A program made the translations under genes and the position numbers. The notes below the pieces were generated by a model. That model ran no database searches, was not told the origin of the DNA, and saw only the letters and a list, made by a program, of their open reading frames with translations. Below are positions 1 through 11,501 of a stretch of DNA of 54,832 nt, in pieces (the stretch's first letter is position 1; every line of letters starts with the position of its first letter). The stretch comes from an uncultured Desulfobacterales bacterium (lineage in GTDB: Bacteria; Desulfobacterota; DSM-4660; Desulfatiglandales; HGW-15), in the NCBI GenBank assembly GCA_964591925.1, contig CAZQCK010000003.1:2936-57767 (forward strand). The letters are read 5' to 3'.

Positions 1-393
1 GTTTTCGCTTTCCGTATTCAAAGGAGGAACCGCCCCCTTTGCCAAAAAATCGCCCAGATCCTCATCAGCAAAATGAAATCCAAGCTTCGGCGTGGGAGGC
101 GCCTTCCATCTCGGTCGAATCTGATCCACCGACCTTCGCTCCGCCTTGGCCGGTTCCCGACCTACAGGCAGGGGGCAGGACAATGAAGTAAACCCGATTC
201 TCGCCCCTTCATTCGTATACAGGACATCATCGATAAACCACCCGAGGTGCTTTCCATTGATGCCGTAGACATGCTCCTGTTCGTGAAGATAGGCTACGGC
301 GTTGCCGTCCCAGAGATAGATACTGCCGTGATAATCATCATGAAGATAGCCCACCGGCCTGCCTTCCTGATCAAAAAGGGTTTGGTCCATCAT
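1..393 (-). CDS. 4-fold beta-flower-type repeat protein (3' end beyond the window edge)
   Basis: Not in the ORF track because there is no stop in the window. GGGGAG RBS, ATG at 393, 10 nt after the rny stop. The frame reads MMDQTLFDQEGRPVGYLHDDYHGSIYLWDGNAVAYLHEQEHVYGINGKHLGWFIDDVLYTNEGARIGF..., with four hydrophobic-aromatic-x3-G-x2-hydrophobic-G/A-aromatic repeats. Confidence 0.8.
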   Translation of the reverse strand, partial: MMDQTLFDQEGRPVGYLHDDYHGSIYLWDGNAVAYLHEQEHVYGINGKHLGWFIDDVLYTNEGARIGFTSLSCPLPVGREPAKAERRSVDQIRPRWKAPPTPKLGFHFADEDLGDFLAKGAVPPLNTESEN

Positions 394-402
394 GCTCCCC
401 GC

Positions 403-1965
403 TTACTTAGCGTAGTCTACGGCCCTAACCTCACGAATCACCGTGACCTTGATCTGCCCTGGATACGTAAGTTCCTTCTCGATCTTCTTGGCAATGTCGG
501 AGCAGATCACAAACGCCTCGTCGTCGTTGACCGCATCTCCTTCTACAAGAATCCTGATTTCCCGGCCGGCCTGAATGGCATATGTCTTACTGACCCCCTT
601 GAAAGAAAGGGCGATCTTCTCGAGATCCTCGAGCCTTCTCACATAGGATTCGAGCATCTCTTGACGGGCTCCCGGCCTGGCACCGGACAGAGTGTCCGCC
701 GCCTGAACCAGCACCGCCAGGGTGGTCTCGGGTGAGACTTCTTCATGGTGGGCGGCGATGGCGTGGATCACCTCCGCATCCTCTCCGTATTTCTTGGCGA
801 GTTCCGCTCCGATCCGGGCGTGAGGGCCCTCCACTTCGTGGTCCACAGCCTTTCCGATGTCGTGCAGAAGACCGGCACGCCGCGCCTTTTTTACATTTCC
901 ACCCAGCTCAGCCGCCATCATACCGCAGATAAAACTCACTTCCCTGGAATGCTGCAAAACATTCTGGGCATAACTGGATCGGTACTTGAGCCGTCCGATC
1001 AGCTTGACCACTTCGGGATGAATGCCGTGAACCCCCACATCAAAGGCCGCCTGCTCCCCGGCTTCCTTGATGCCGGCCTCAATCTCTTCCCCCACCTTGT
1101 GAACGATTTCTTCGATCCGCGCCGGATGAATGCGGCCATCCTCGATGAGCCTCTGCAGGGCGACCTTGGCCACCTCACGTCTGACAGGATTGAATCCGGA
1201 TAGAATTACGGCCTCCGGCGTATCATCAATGATCAAATCAATCCCGGTCGCAGCTTCAATAGCCCGAATATTACGCCCCTCACGACCGATGATCCTGCCT
1301 TTCATCTCTTCGTTCGGAAGATTGACCACTGAAACGGTTTTCTCTGCCACATAGTCCCCGGCATATCGCTTGATGGCCAGCGCCATAATCTCTTCCGACT
1401 TTCGCTTGGCCGTTTCCCTGGCTTCCGTATCGATTCTGCGAATAAACTTTACCGCCTCGTGCTTGGCATCCTCTTCCATGCTCTTCAACAGAAGCTCCTT
1501 GGCCTCCTGGGAAGACATGGCGGCCAGTTGTTCCAGGCGTTCCCGCTGCTCGGCGACCATTTGATCGTATTGGCTCTCCTTGCCCTTCAACTCCTCTTCC
1601 AATTGTTCGAGCCGGTTTTCCTGATCTGTGAGTTTCTTTTCCTTTCTGTCATAATGATCAATTTTTTTGTCCAGATTTTCTTCCTTGCTGAACAACCGCT
1701 TTTCCAGAAGCTGCAGTTGTTCCTTCTTCTCATTGCTGTCTTTCTCAAAGTCCAGCTTCATCTGGTAAAGTGTATCCTTGGCGCGAAGCATCGCCTCCTT
1801 TTTTATAGTCTTCGCCTTTTTGTGAGCATCATTGATGATCTTCTTCGAATAATTATTAATGGATTCTATCTGGTTTTCGACGATTTTCTTCCGGGTCCAA
1901 AACCCTACCATAAATCCGAGAATCACCCCGGCCACACTGCCCAGAATCAACTGTATAGTTAACAT
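403..1965 (-). CDS. rny: Ribonuclease Y
   Basis: N-terminal TM helix, coiled coil, KH domain (KGRIIGREGRNIR), HD motif (LLHDIGKA), C-terminal YPGQIKVTVIRE. Confidence 0.98.
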   Translation of the reverse strand: MLTIQLILGSVAGVILGFMVGFWTRKKIVENQIESINNYSKKIINDAHKKAKTIKKEAMLRAKDTLYQMKLDFEKDSNEKKEQLQLLEKRLFSKEENLDKKIDHYDRKEKKLTDQENRLEQLEEELKGKESQYDQMVAEQRERLEQLAAMSSQEAKELLLKSMEEDAKHEAVKFIRRIDTEARETAKRKSEEIMALAIKRYAGDYVAEKTVSVVNLPNEEMKGRIIGREGRNIRAIEAATGIDLIIDDTPEAVILSGFNPVRREVAKVALQRLIEDGRIHPARIEEIVHKVGEEIEAGIKEAGEQAAFDVGVHGIHPEVVKLIGRLKYRSSYAQNVLQHSREVSFICGMMAAELGGNVKKARRAGLLHDIGKAVDHEVEGPHARIGAELAKKYGEDAEVIHAIAAHHEEVSPETTLAVLVQAADTLSGARPGARQEMLESYVRRLEDLEKIALSFKGVSKTYAIQAGREIRILVEGDAVNDDEAFVICSDIAKKIEKELTYPGQIKVTVIREVRAVDYAK

Positions 1966-2414
1966 GCCCTGACACCTCTCTATTCTTTTCCATCATACCG
2001 CCCTGGATTTTACGCTGAAAATTTCGGCGGTACTCTGGTTTTCGTGGTTTTGAGGAGATCTGAAGAAAGCTCCACCCAGTAGATTGACATTGCTTTTCCT
2101 GCATTGAGTGTTTCAAGCTGCAGTCTATCGAATAAACTTGAATGATACTGCAGCAAAAAACGTGGATATTGCGTGCAGGAGGACACAGAGGCGAGAGACG
2201 CTGGGTGGAAACGGGTGAGAAAAGGGCTGAATTTCAAAAGGAGGGTAGGCTGGAAAAGGAAGAATCACATCAAGCCATACCGCATCCTCGAATCAAGTGG
2301 CCGCAGACGTTGGTGAACGATCCTCAAGTTCCTTGACGTTCGCAGGAAGCCGCATCGTTGTTGATCGCTTTGAGGCCGGCGAGCGCCCTGCGCCGATCCA
2401 AAACAAGAGAGCGT

Positions 2415-2696
2415 CTACGACCCGATAGCGGAATCAATGTCATAAATCATGGCCTTGATACGCTGGCTTTCCCTGCTTTCCTTGTCATCCAAAGACTTCA
2501 CTGCCTGGAAGTATTCTCCTGCAATGTGCATCGCGGCCAAGATAGCCACCTTTCGCTCACTCAGGGCTTCTGAGGACTCACGAATCTCTTTGGCAACTTG
2601 ATCCACATATGCGGCAACGCGCTGTACATCTTCGGCGTTGTCCACGCTCCGAACAAGGTATTCCCGATCAAGAATCTTGACTTTTTCTGTCTGCAT
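2415..2696 (-). CDS. zapA: Cell division protein ZapA
   Basis: VKILDREY...VAAYVD...VAILAAMHIA signature; zapB-zapA-rny synteny. Start placed at MQTEKV (2696). Confidence 0.9.
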   Translation of the reverse strand: MQTEKVKILDREYLVRSVDNAEDVQRVAAYVDQVAKEIRESSEALSERKVAILAAMHIAGEYFQAVKSLDDKESRESQRIKAMIYDIDSAIGS

Positions 2697-2773
2697 CGGC
2701 CCGGCCCCACCCTTTGAAGACATGCATAGTCTTCGTGCGAACGTCACACCTCAGGCGTCTGCCGTCCCTGGAG

Positions 2774-3010
2774 CTACACGTTCACTTGCTCGATCTTCTC
2801 GAGCAAGGAAATGATCCTCTGCTTGGCCTGGTCCCTGGCCGAACGCAGATTTTCGATCTCGCCCGTCAGGTCCGCAATCTTCTCCTCCTGAATCTGGACC
2901 TTCTCCGCCAGGGCATCCTTTTCCTTGGTCAAGGACTGCACATACCCGATAAGTCCGTCCAGTTTCTCCTCCAGCACGCGAAACTGGTCCAGTTCTTCTC
3001 CCTTTTCCAT
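2774..3010 (-). CDS. zapB: Cell division protein ZapB-like coiled-coil protein
   Basis: ~78-aa heptad coiled coil (LEEKLDGLI...AKQRIISLLEKI) directly upstream of zapA. Confidence 0.8.
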   Translation of the reverse strand: MEKGEELDQFRVLEEKLDGLIGYVQSLTKEKDALAEKVQIQEEKIADLTGEIENLRSARDQAKQRIISLLEKIEQVNV

Positions 3011-3118
3011 GCTGTTCCCCTGATCCGGCCCTGTTTGACCGGGTGTTTTATACACTGGTCGTTCTCGCCCGGTCATGGACCGGACAGGTCGCCATGTGCC
3101 GATTTCATTGAAATTTTT

Positions 3119-3146
3119 ATCTTATCCCGTGATGTCTAAAAGTCAA
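3119..3146 (-). promoter_or_regulatory. Putative sigma70 promoter for zapB-zapA
   Basis: TTGACT-N16-TAAGAT on the minus strand, overlapping the end of the atp terminator. Confidence 0.35.
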
Positions 3147-3179
3147 TAAAAAAGGCGAGCCCGTCCGGGGGCCCGCCTT
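3145..3179 (-). terminator. Intrinsic terminator of the atp operon
   Basis: Minus strand AAGGCGGGCCC-loop-GGGCTCGCCTT followed by a T-tract, just after atpC. Confidence 0.8.
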
Positions 3180-3210
3180 GCGCTTCACTGCTGTGTCAAA
3201 TGGTGTGGAA

Positions 3211-3618
3211 TCAAGCCTTTTCAGCTACTTTAAGTCTTATAATCGCTCTCCTGAGTGCGGCTTCCGCCCTCAAAAAATCCACGTCTTCCTCGCCGCGCTC
3301 CCGGGCCAGACGCTCCCTGGCACGCTCCAAGGCCCCTCTCGCCCGCTCCAGGTCGATGTCGGTGGCTCTTTCAGCGGCATCCACAAGGACCGAGACGCGA
3401 TCTTCAGAGACCTCGGAAAAACCCTCGGTCACGGCAAAAAAATCCCGCTTTCCATCCGCCTCGTACCGGAGTTCGCCTGGAATAATCCCGGATAGAAACG
3501 GAATATGTCCCGGCAGGATTCCAAATTCGCCCTGGCTGCCGGGGGCCACAACCGTATCCACTTCCCGGCTCACCAATACCTTTTCAGGGGTCACCACTTC
3601 CAGATGTAAGACTGCCAT
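3211..3618 (-). CDS. atpC: F1F0 ATP synthase epsilon subunit
   Basis: LHLEVVTPE...GEFGILPGHIP...RAEAALRRA. Confidence 0.97.
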   Translation of the reverse strand: MAVLHLEVVTPEKVLVSREVDTVVAPGSQGEFGILPGHIPFLSGIIPGELRYEADGKRDFFAVTEGFSEVSEDRVSVLVDAAERATDIDLERARGALERARERLARERGEEDVDFLRAEAALRRAIIRLKVAEKA

Positions 3619-3632
3619 GCGATTCCCTCTGC

Positions 3633-5961
<2,329 letters not shown>

Positions 5962-6051
5962 GGGTTCTTCTTCGCCTTCCCCCGGCTCGGTTGAGCGGTT
6001 CGTGATCTATTAAGGCTTCCGGCATTCCGCCGGCCCCACTGCTCTTTGGGA

Positions 6052-7566
6052 TCAAGTGGACGGCTGAAAGAGATTCTTGAACTCGTCCAGGGCCTTTTTC
6101 AGCTTCTCGTTCAGCTCGTCGCTTATGTCACCCTTGTCCTTGATCTCTGCCAGCAGTTCGGGATGCTTGCTGTCCACGAACTCGAGCATCTGCGATTCAT
6201 ACTCCAGGACCGAGGCCTCGGGCACTTCATCCAGGTACCCGTTGGCCCCCGCAAAGAGGATCATGACCTCGCGCTCCGCATCCATCGGTTGATACTGGGG
6301 CTGCTTGAGAACCTCGACGAGCCTTCGACCACGATTGAGCTGCCTCTGGGTGGCCTTGTCCAGATCGCTTCCGAACTGTGCGAAGGCCTCCAGTTCCCGG
6401 AACTGGGCCATGTCGATTCGAAGGGTACCGGCCACCTTTCTCATGGCCTTGGTCTGGGCTGCGCCGCCCACCCGGGAGACCGAAAGTCCCACGTTGATGG
6501 CGGGACGTACACCAGAAAAGAAAAGGCTCGGCTCCAGGTACACCTGCCCGTCGGTAATGGAGATGACGTTGGTCGGAATATATGCGGAAACGTCTCCTGC
6601 CTGGGTCTCGATGATGGGAAGGGCTGTAAGGGATCCGGCGCCGAGCTCGTCATTGAGCTTGGAGGCTCGTTCCAGAAGCCGCGAGTGGTTGTAGAAAATG
6701 TCACCGGGAAAGGCCTCACGTCCCGGGGGCCGCCGCAGGAGCAGGGAAACCTGACGGTAGGCCGTAGCCTGCTTGGAAAGATCGTCGTAGATGATCAGGG
6801 CATGCTTGCCGTTGTCCCGGTAGTACTCGCCGATGGAGCACCCGGCATAGGGTGCCAGATACTGCTGGGTGGCCGGGTCGCTCGCACAGGCGGCCACCAC
6901 CGTGGTATACTCCATGGCGCCCTGCCGCTCGAGCACGTCCACCACCTGCGCCACCGTGGATTTCTTCTGGCCTACGGCCACATACACGCAATAGATGTCC
7001 GTGTTCTTCTGATTGAGAACGGCGTCCACGCAGATGGCGGTCTTTCCGATCTGGCGGTCGCCGATAATCAGCTCGCGCTGACCTCGCCCGATGGGCGTCA
7101 TGGCGTCGATCGCCTTGATTCCGGTGTACATGGGCTCGCTCACCGGCTGACGAGCGATAACCCCCGGAGCCACCACCTCGATTCGTCTGGACTCGCTCGA
7201 ATCTATGGGCCCCTTGCCGTCGAGCGGGTTTCCAACCGCATCGATCACCCGTCCGAGAACGGCGTCGCCGACCGGGATTTCCGCGATCCGGCCGGTCCTC
7301 TTCACGACGTCACCTTCCTTGATCCGGGTATCATCTCCCATGATGGCCACGCCCACGTTGTCCTCTTCCAGATTCAGGCACAGACCAAAAACCTCGCCTG
7401 GAAACTCTAGCATTTCCATGGCCATGGCCTTCTCCACTCCATGAACGCGGGCAACACCGTCGCCAACGGACAGAACGACTCCGGTCTCGGTGACTTCGAC
7501 CTTCTTATCGTAGTCCTTAATCTGGCCCCTGATCACCTGACTTATTTCTTCAGCTCTAATTTCCAT
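6052..7566 (-). CDS. atpA: F1F0 ATP synthase alpha subunit
   Basis: [31 protein letters not shown]. Confidence 0.99.
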   Translation of the reverse strand: MEIRAEEISQVIRGQIKDYDKKVEVTETGVVLSVGDGVARVHGVEKAMAMEMLEFPGEVFGLCLNLEEDNVGVAIMGDDTRIKEGDVVKRTGRIAEIPVGDAVLGRVIDAVGNPLDGKGPIDSSESRRIEVVAPGVIARQPVSEPMYTGIKAIDAMTPIGRGQRELIIGDRQIGKTAICVDAVLNQKNTDIYCVYVAVGQKKSTVAQVVDVLERQGAMEYTTVVAACASDPATQQYLAPYAGCSIGEYYRDNGKHALIIYDDLSKQATAYRQVSLLLRRPPGREAFPGDIFYNHSRLLERASKLNDELGAGSLTALPIIETQAGDVSAYIPTNVISITDGQVYLEPSLFFSGVRPAINVGLSVSRVGGAAQTKAMRKVAGTLRIDMAQFRELEAFAQFGSDLDKATQRQLNRGRRLVEVLKQPQYQPMDAEREVMILFAGANGYLDEVPEASVLEYESQMLEFVDSKHPELLAEIKDKGDISDELNEKLKKALDEFKNLFQPST

Positions 7567-8117
7567 CAGTCGACCCCACCCCTTTTCAAAGATTCTTTGA
7601 GCCCTTCAAGCTGGGCCTTCACACTGCCGTCCAGAACCAGGTCCCCGATCTTTACCACAACCCCGCCGATCAGGGATGGATCCTCGTCCACCTCGGACTT
7701 GATCTTCTTCGAGGTCAGCTCTTCCAGCGAGGACTCCAGGGCCTTCAACGCCCCTTCCTTCAGGCGTCTTGCCGTGACAATCTTGGCCCTTGCAACGTTC
7801 ACTGCCTCGTCCCAAAGATTTTCATAGTAAACAGCGACTTCCGCAACGGCTTCCATGCGATCCTTGTCCAACAGAAGCTTCAGGAAGCGTTGCACCGTTT
7901 CGGAAAAACCGCTCCTTTCGAGCACCGCCAGGAGGATCTTTTTCCGGTCCTCCACCGCGAAAACCGGGTTCACCATCACGGCTTCGAATTCAGGCTGCTC
8001 CCGGCACAGGTCTGTGAACTCCTTGAGTTCCATACCATACTGCTCGAACCGCCCTTCCTCCTGCCCCAGGCTGAACAGGGCCTTGGCGTACCTTTTGGCA
8101 ATCCTTGAACTGCTCAA
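7566..8117 (-). CDS. atpH: F1F0 ATP synthase delta subunit
   Basis: [10 protein letters not shown]...[14 protein letters not shown]...DGSV; operon position. Confidence 0.97.
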   Translation of the reverse strand: MSSSRIAKRYAKALFSLGQEEGRFEQYGMELKEFTDLCREQPEFEAVMVNPVFAVEDRKKILLAVLERSGFSETVQRFLKLLLDKDRMEAVAEVAVYYENLWDEAVNVARAKIVTARRLKEGALKALESSLEELTSKKIKSEVDEDPSLIGGVVVKIGDLVLDGSVKAQLEGLKESLKRGGVD

Positions 8118-8761
8118 TGTACTTTACCCACCCTTTCTATGAATTCATTCACCAGCCGGTCCTGGTCGTCCTCACCCAGTTCCCTTGAAATGATCTCACG
8201 GGCCTTGTCAGCCGCCTGCTCGGCCACCTCTTCCCGAAGACGGCTCTTTGCATCCTCCACTTCCTGCTGCACGGCCGATTCCACCTGCTCGAGCATCGAG
8301 GCCACCCGTTTTTCCGCCTCGGCAATAATCTTGGCCTTTTCGGACTCTCCGTCCTTGCGGGCCTCCTCCAGGATTTCCTTTTTCTCGGATTCGAAGTCCG
8401 CCAGTTTACGCTGGACCTCCCGATACTTGGCTTCGGCTTCTTCTTTCTGCCGCTGGAGCTGTTCCATGCGGTTCTTGATCTCATTCACGCGGTCGGAAAA
8501 GAACCCCAGGGCATTGGACTTCTTGAGAACCACCGCTAAAATGATCACCAGCAGAGCAAAGTTGATGAAGCGCGCGAGCAGGTCCAGCATGGCCCCGCTG
8601 TCGTGGTCCTCCCCCTGACCCGCCTCGGAGGCCTCCGCATATGCCGCTCCTCCCTGGGGGGATATCTGAGCAACCCCCGCAAGCCCGACCAGAAAGAGCA
8701 ATGCAAGCATCAGCGTCAGGCATGTCCGCTTCCCTCGAGATTTCCTGCTCCTTACGACCAT
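8114..8761 (-). CDS. atpF: F0 subunit b with the N-terminal extension typical of deltaproteobacteria
   Basis: RFINFALLVIIL TM helix followed by a coiled coil; operon position. Confidence 0.92.
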   Translation of the reverse strand: MVVRSRKSRGKRTCLTLMLALLFLVGLAGVAQISPQGGAAYAEASEAGQGEDHDSGAMLDLLARFINFALLVIILAVVLKKSNALGFFSDRVNEIKNRMEQLQRQKEEAEAKYREVQRKLADFESEKKEILEEARKDGESEKAKIIAEAEKRVASMLEQVESAVQQEVEDAKSRLREEVAEQAADKAREIISRELGEDDQDRLVNEFIERVGKVH

Positions 8762-9204
8762 CAGAAGCTCCTCCCCAGAATCTTCTCCGCGGCCTCCTGC
8801 GAGAAGGTATCCACTTCCCCCTGAAGAGCCTGGCGGGCGCCGGCAATCATCTGCTCTATCTCCGCCCGGGCCTTGTTGAGTCGTTCTTCTGTTTTGGAAG
8901 AGGCCTCTTCAAGCATGCCCTTTTCCTTTTCGCTTCCCTGCTGCTTGATCTCTTCCTTGAGACCGTGCCCCTCTTTTCGAGCGTTGATCACATTCTGTTG
9001 AAGGGCGGTTTCATCCTCTTCAAATTGTCCCTGAAGCGTTTCAGCCCGTTCCTCAAGCCCCGACATCTCTTCCTGCCTCCGGCGCATGATCCGGCGGATC
9101 GGCCGATAGGCAAGAATATTGAGAACGTAAAGGAGAATCAGGAAGTTGGCAACCTGAATCCAGAGAACGCCGATAGGCCATATCGAGTAATCAATATTCA
9201 ACAT
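8761..9204 (-). CDS. atpF2: F0 subunit b'
   Basis: IQVANFLILLYVLNILAYRPI...EKILGRS; second b-type subunit. Confidence 0.9.
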   Translation of the reverse strand: MLNIDYSIWPIGVLWIQVANFLILLYVLNILAYRPIRRIMRRRQEEMSGLEERAETLQGQFEEDETALQQNVINARKEGHGLKEEIKQQGSEKEKGMLEEASSKTEERLNKARAEIEQMIAGARQALQGEVDTFSQEAAEKILGRSF

Positions 9205-9331
9205 GGTCGCACTGTCCTTCTCTTTGTGAATGAATGATCAAGGGTAGTGCCTTTTATACAAAAAAAATCACCTTGTCAAAACTTTTTTGCCTGAAAACGG
9301 GAAGGTGGTTTCGCTCGCAAATCACCCGGTC

Positions 9332-9727
9332 TCATCGAACGGCCGCGAGTTTCTCCCCGTCGTCATCCACGGAGTCCACGGAGTCCCTGTCGGTTTCGCG
9401 CTTCATTCGGCAGTGACCCTCGAACACCACCCCTTCATCGATGACCACGACAGGGGCCTGAATGTTTCCGTACACCCTGCCCGGCGCGTGGATCTCGATA
9501 CGATCGTCGGCAATGATGTTGCCCCGGATCTCCCCACTGACAATGATGTGAGCGGCATGGATATCCGACTCAACGCTGGCCGATTCTCCGACGATGAGCG
9601 TTCCTTCGGTCAAGATCTCACCGCAGAAACGCCCGTCGATGCGAACGGCGCCCGTGAAAGAGAGCTTTCCTTCGAACTCCGTATCACGTCCTAAAAAGGC
9701 ATTTATTTCATTCTGCTTTTTCTTCAC
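9332..9727 (-). CDS. Bactofilin (polymer-forming cytoskeletal protein)
   Basis: INAFLGRDTEFEGKLSFTGAVRIDG...IDEGVVFEGHCRM. GTG start at 9727 preferred, because the ATG at 9757 lies inside a repeat. Confidence 0.93.
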   Translation of the reverse strand: MKKKQNEINAFLGRDTEFEGKLSFTGAVRIDGRFCGEILTEGTLIVGESASVESDIHAAHIIVSGEIRGNIIADDRIEIHAPGRVYGNIQAPVVVIDEGVVFEGHCRMKRETDRDSVDSVDDDGEKLAAVR

Positions 9728-9745
9728 TCCGGCACCCTTTTGCTC

Positions 9746-9801
9746 GTGCCCGTCCATAAACGAATTTTGGGCACTGCTAAGTTTCCAATTCAGAAAGGAG
9801 G
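9746..9801. repeat. Direct repeat copy 1 (GTGCCC...GGGCAC hairpin unit), uninterrupted
   Basis: GTGCCCGTCCATAAACGAATTTTGGGCACTGCTAAGTTTCCAATTCAGAAAGGAGG; near-identical to copy 2. Confidence 0.85.
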
Positions 9802-10053
9802 ATTTTTTGGAACCTCGCTGATCGACGATGAGATTGGCAAAAAAGACCCTTTCCGGATGGAAACCAGCTCATGTTTACGATCGCGCCTGCATACCACACC
9901 CCCCCAGCCATTGCAACAAAATTCCCCTTGAAGAACTCTTTGTGCGGTCAAAGCAGCCAATCCCGGCGTCTTCGGCCGAGCTGCACGACCCTCCATCCCG
10001 AGTCAATTTTGGACCCGGGCGGACTGAATCGCTCTGTTTCCTGCACTCAGCGA

Positions 10054-10245
10054 GTGCCCATACATAAAGGAATCTTGGGCACTGCTAAGTTTGAAGAAAT
10101 CGTAAAAACTGAATTCTCTCGCAAAGACGCCAAGACGCCAAGAAAAAACCGTTTAATATCAATCAAGTCACTTTGCGACCTTTGCAGCTTGGCACGAAAT
10201 CTTGGCTTTTTGCGAGGCCATCAAGTTTCCAATTCAGAGGGGAGG
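10054..10245. repeat. Direct repeat copy 2, interrupted by a MITE
   Basis: GTGCCCATACATAAAGGAATCTTGGGCACTGCTAAGTTT-[130-bp insert]-AAGTTTCCAATTCAGAGGGGAGG. Confidence 0.85.
10093..10222. mobile_element. MITE family A (130 bp, imperfect TIRs, 6-bp target duplication AAGTTT)
   Basis: Ends GAAGAAATCGTAAAAA / TTTTTGCGAGGCCATC; AAGTTT at 10087-10092 and 10223-10228; empty site visible at 9779-9784; internal CGCAAAGACGCCAAG...CTTTGCG inverted repeats. Confidence 0.8.
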
Positions 10246-10261
10246 CGGAACCCGCCCCGAG

Positions 10262-11368
10262 TCACTGAAACATGAATCTCCTCATACTGATATTCATCAA
10301 AATACCCATTCCGATCATGGTGGAAACCACTGAAGACCCTCCATAGCTGAAAAGCACCAAGGGGATCCCCACCACTGGAAGGAGACCGGTGGCCATGCTC
10401 ACATTGATGACGAGTTCCCAGAAGACCAGGGCCGTGATCCCCACCGCCAGGAAGGTGCCGAACCGATCCCTGGAGTTCCTGGCGATATTGATTCCCCAGA
10501 TGATCAAAAACAGGTAGAGGGTCAAAAGGAACAGAGAACCTGCGAACCCCCACTCCTCAGCAAGTACTGAAAAGACGAAGTCCGTGTGCTGCTCGGGAAG
10601 AAAGTGGAGCCGCGTCTGCGTCCCGTCGAGATAGCCCTTCCCCCACAGCCGGCCCGAACCGATGGCGATCTTGGATTGGTTTATATGATACCCCGCCCCC
10701 AGGGGATCCATGTCAGGCCTCAGAAAGGTGAGGATTCTCATTTTCTGATAGGCCTTGAGGGTGGACCAGACAAAAGGGACCGCGGCCAAAAAACCGGAAC
10801 CAAGCAGGGCCAGGGATTGCCAGCGGATCCCGGCGAAGAGAACCATGGAAAAGGAAACGATCACTATAAGCAGGGAGGTGCCCAGATCGGGTTCCTCGAG
10901 AATAAGAACGCACGGCAAAGCAATGATCAGGAATGGGCACCAGAGGTCTCGAAGGCGGTATGATTCCCGCTGTTCGCCGTGCTCGCTGAAAAACCTGGCC
11001 AACGCAACGATGAGGGCGAGCTTGGCCGGCTCGGAGGGCTGAAAACTGATTCCGCCGATGCTGAGCCAGCGTTGAGACCCGGAGGTCATGCCCCCCGCCG
11101 CAAGGACGAGCACCAGGAGCCCCAGAGAGATAAGGTAGGCCGGATAGGCCAGCTGCTCCAATCGGTGATAATCAAAAAGAAGCACCAGGAAAAAAACGCC
11201 GAATCCGATAAGAAACCAATAGAGCTGGCGGGTAAAGACGCGGGGAACCCCGCCTCCGTCGAGCCCGTGGGTGGCGCTGTAGAGGTTGACCAGGCTCACT
11301 GAGGCCAGAATGAAGAGCAACAAAAGCAGAATCCAGTCGAAATTCTGCACCAGACGCCGGTCGAACAT
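10262..11368 (-). CDS. rodA: Rod shape-determining protein RodA (SEDS glycosyltransferase)
   Basis: FQPSEPAK, PDLGT, FLPEQHTDF, LFSYGGSS. Start MFDRRL. Confidence 0.97.
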   Translation of the reverse strand: MFDRRLVQNFDWILLLLLFILASVSLVNLYSATHGLDGGGVPRVFTRQLYWFLIGFGVFFLVLLFDYHRLEQLAYPAYLISLGLLVLVLAAGGMTSGSQRWLSIGGISFQPSEPAKLALIVALARFFSEHGEQRESYRLRDLWCPFLIIALPCVLILEEPDLGTSLLIVIVSFSMVLFAGIRWQSLALLGSGFLAAVPFVWSTLKAYQKMRILTFLRPDMDPLGAGYHINQSKIAIGSGRLWGKGYLDGTQTRLHFLPEQHTDFVFSVLAEEWGFAGSLFLLTLYLFLIIWGINIARNSRDRFGTFLAVGITALVFWELVINVSMATGLLPVVGIPLVLFSYGGSSVVSTMIGMGILMNISMRRFMFQ

Positions 11369-11501
11369 CACGGATCCCTTTCTAAGGCGGGCCATGGCCC
11401 GCAACCCAACAGACGTTATGCAGGCTCCGGAGGTCGGGGCTTTCCTCCACTCCCTCCGCTCCCGGCCTCGGTACCGGGAGGAAATCATCAGCTCCACAGT
11501 C

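Noticed and set aside
6046-7410. Long antisense ORFs (also 3966-5093, 18278-19327, 23782-25209, 27644-29284, 29418-30557, 49201-50598)
   Set aside because: They lie opposite well-supported genes, lack motifs and are the expected shadows of GC-rich codon usage.
9224-9241. Possible Rex box TTGTGAATGAATGATCAA upstream of atpF2
   Set aside because: The right half-site matches only 4 of 7 positions, too weak to call.
10118-10200. GACGCCAA tandem units as a CRISPR array
   Set aside because: Only two 8-bp units, no spacers and no cas genes; they belong to the MITE interior.
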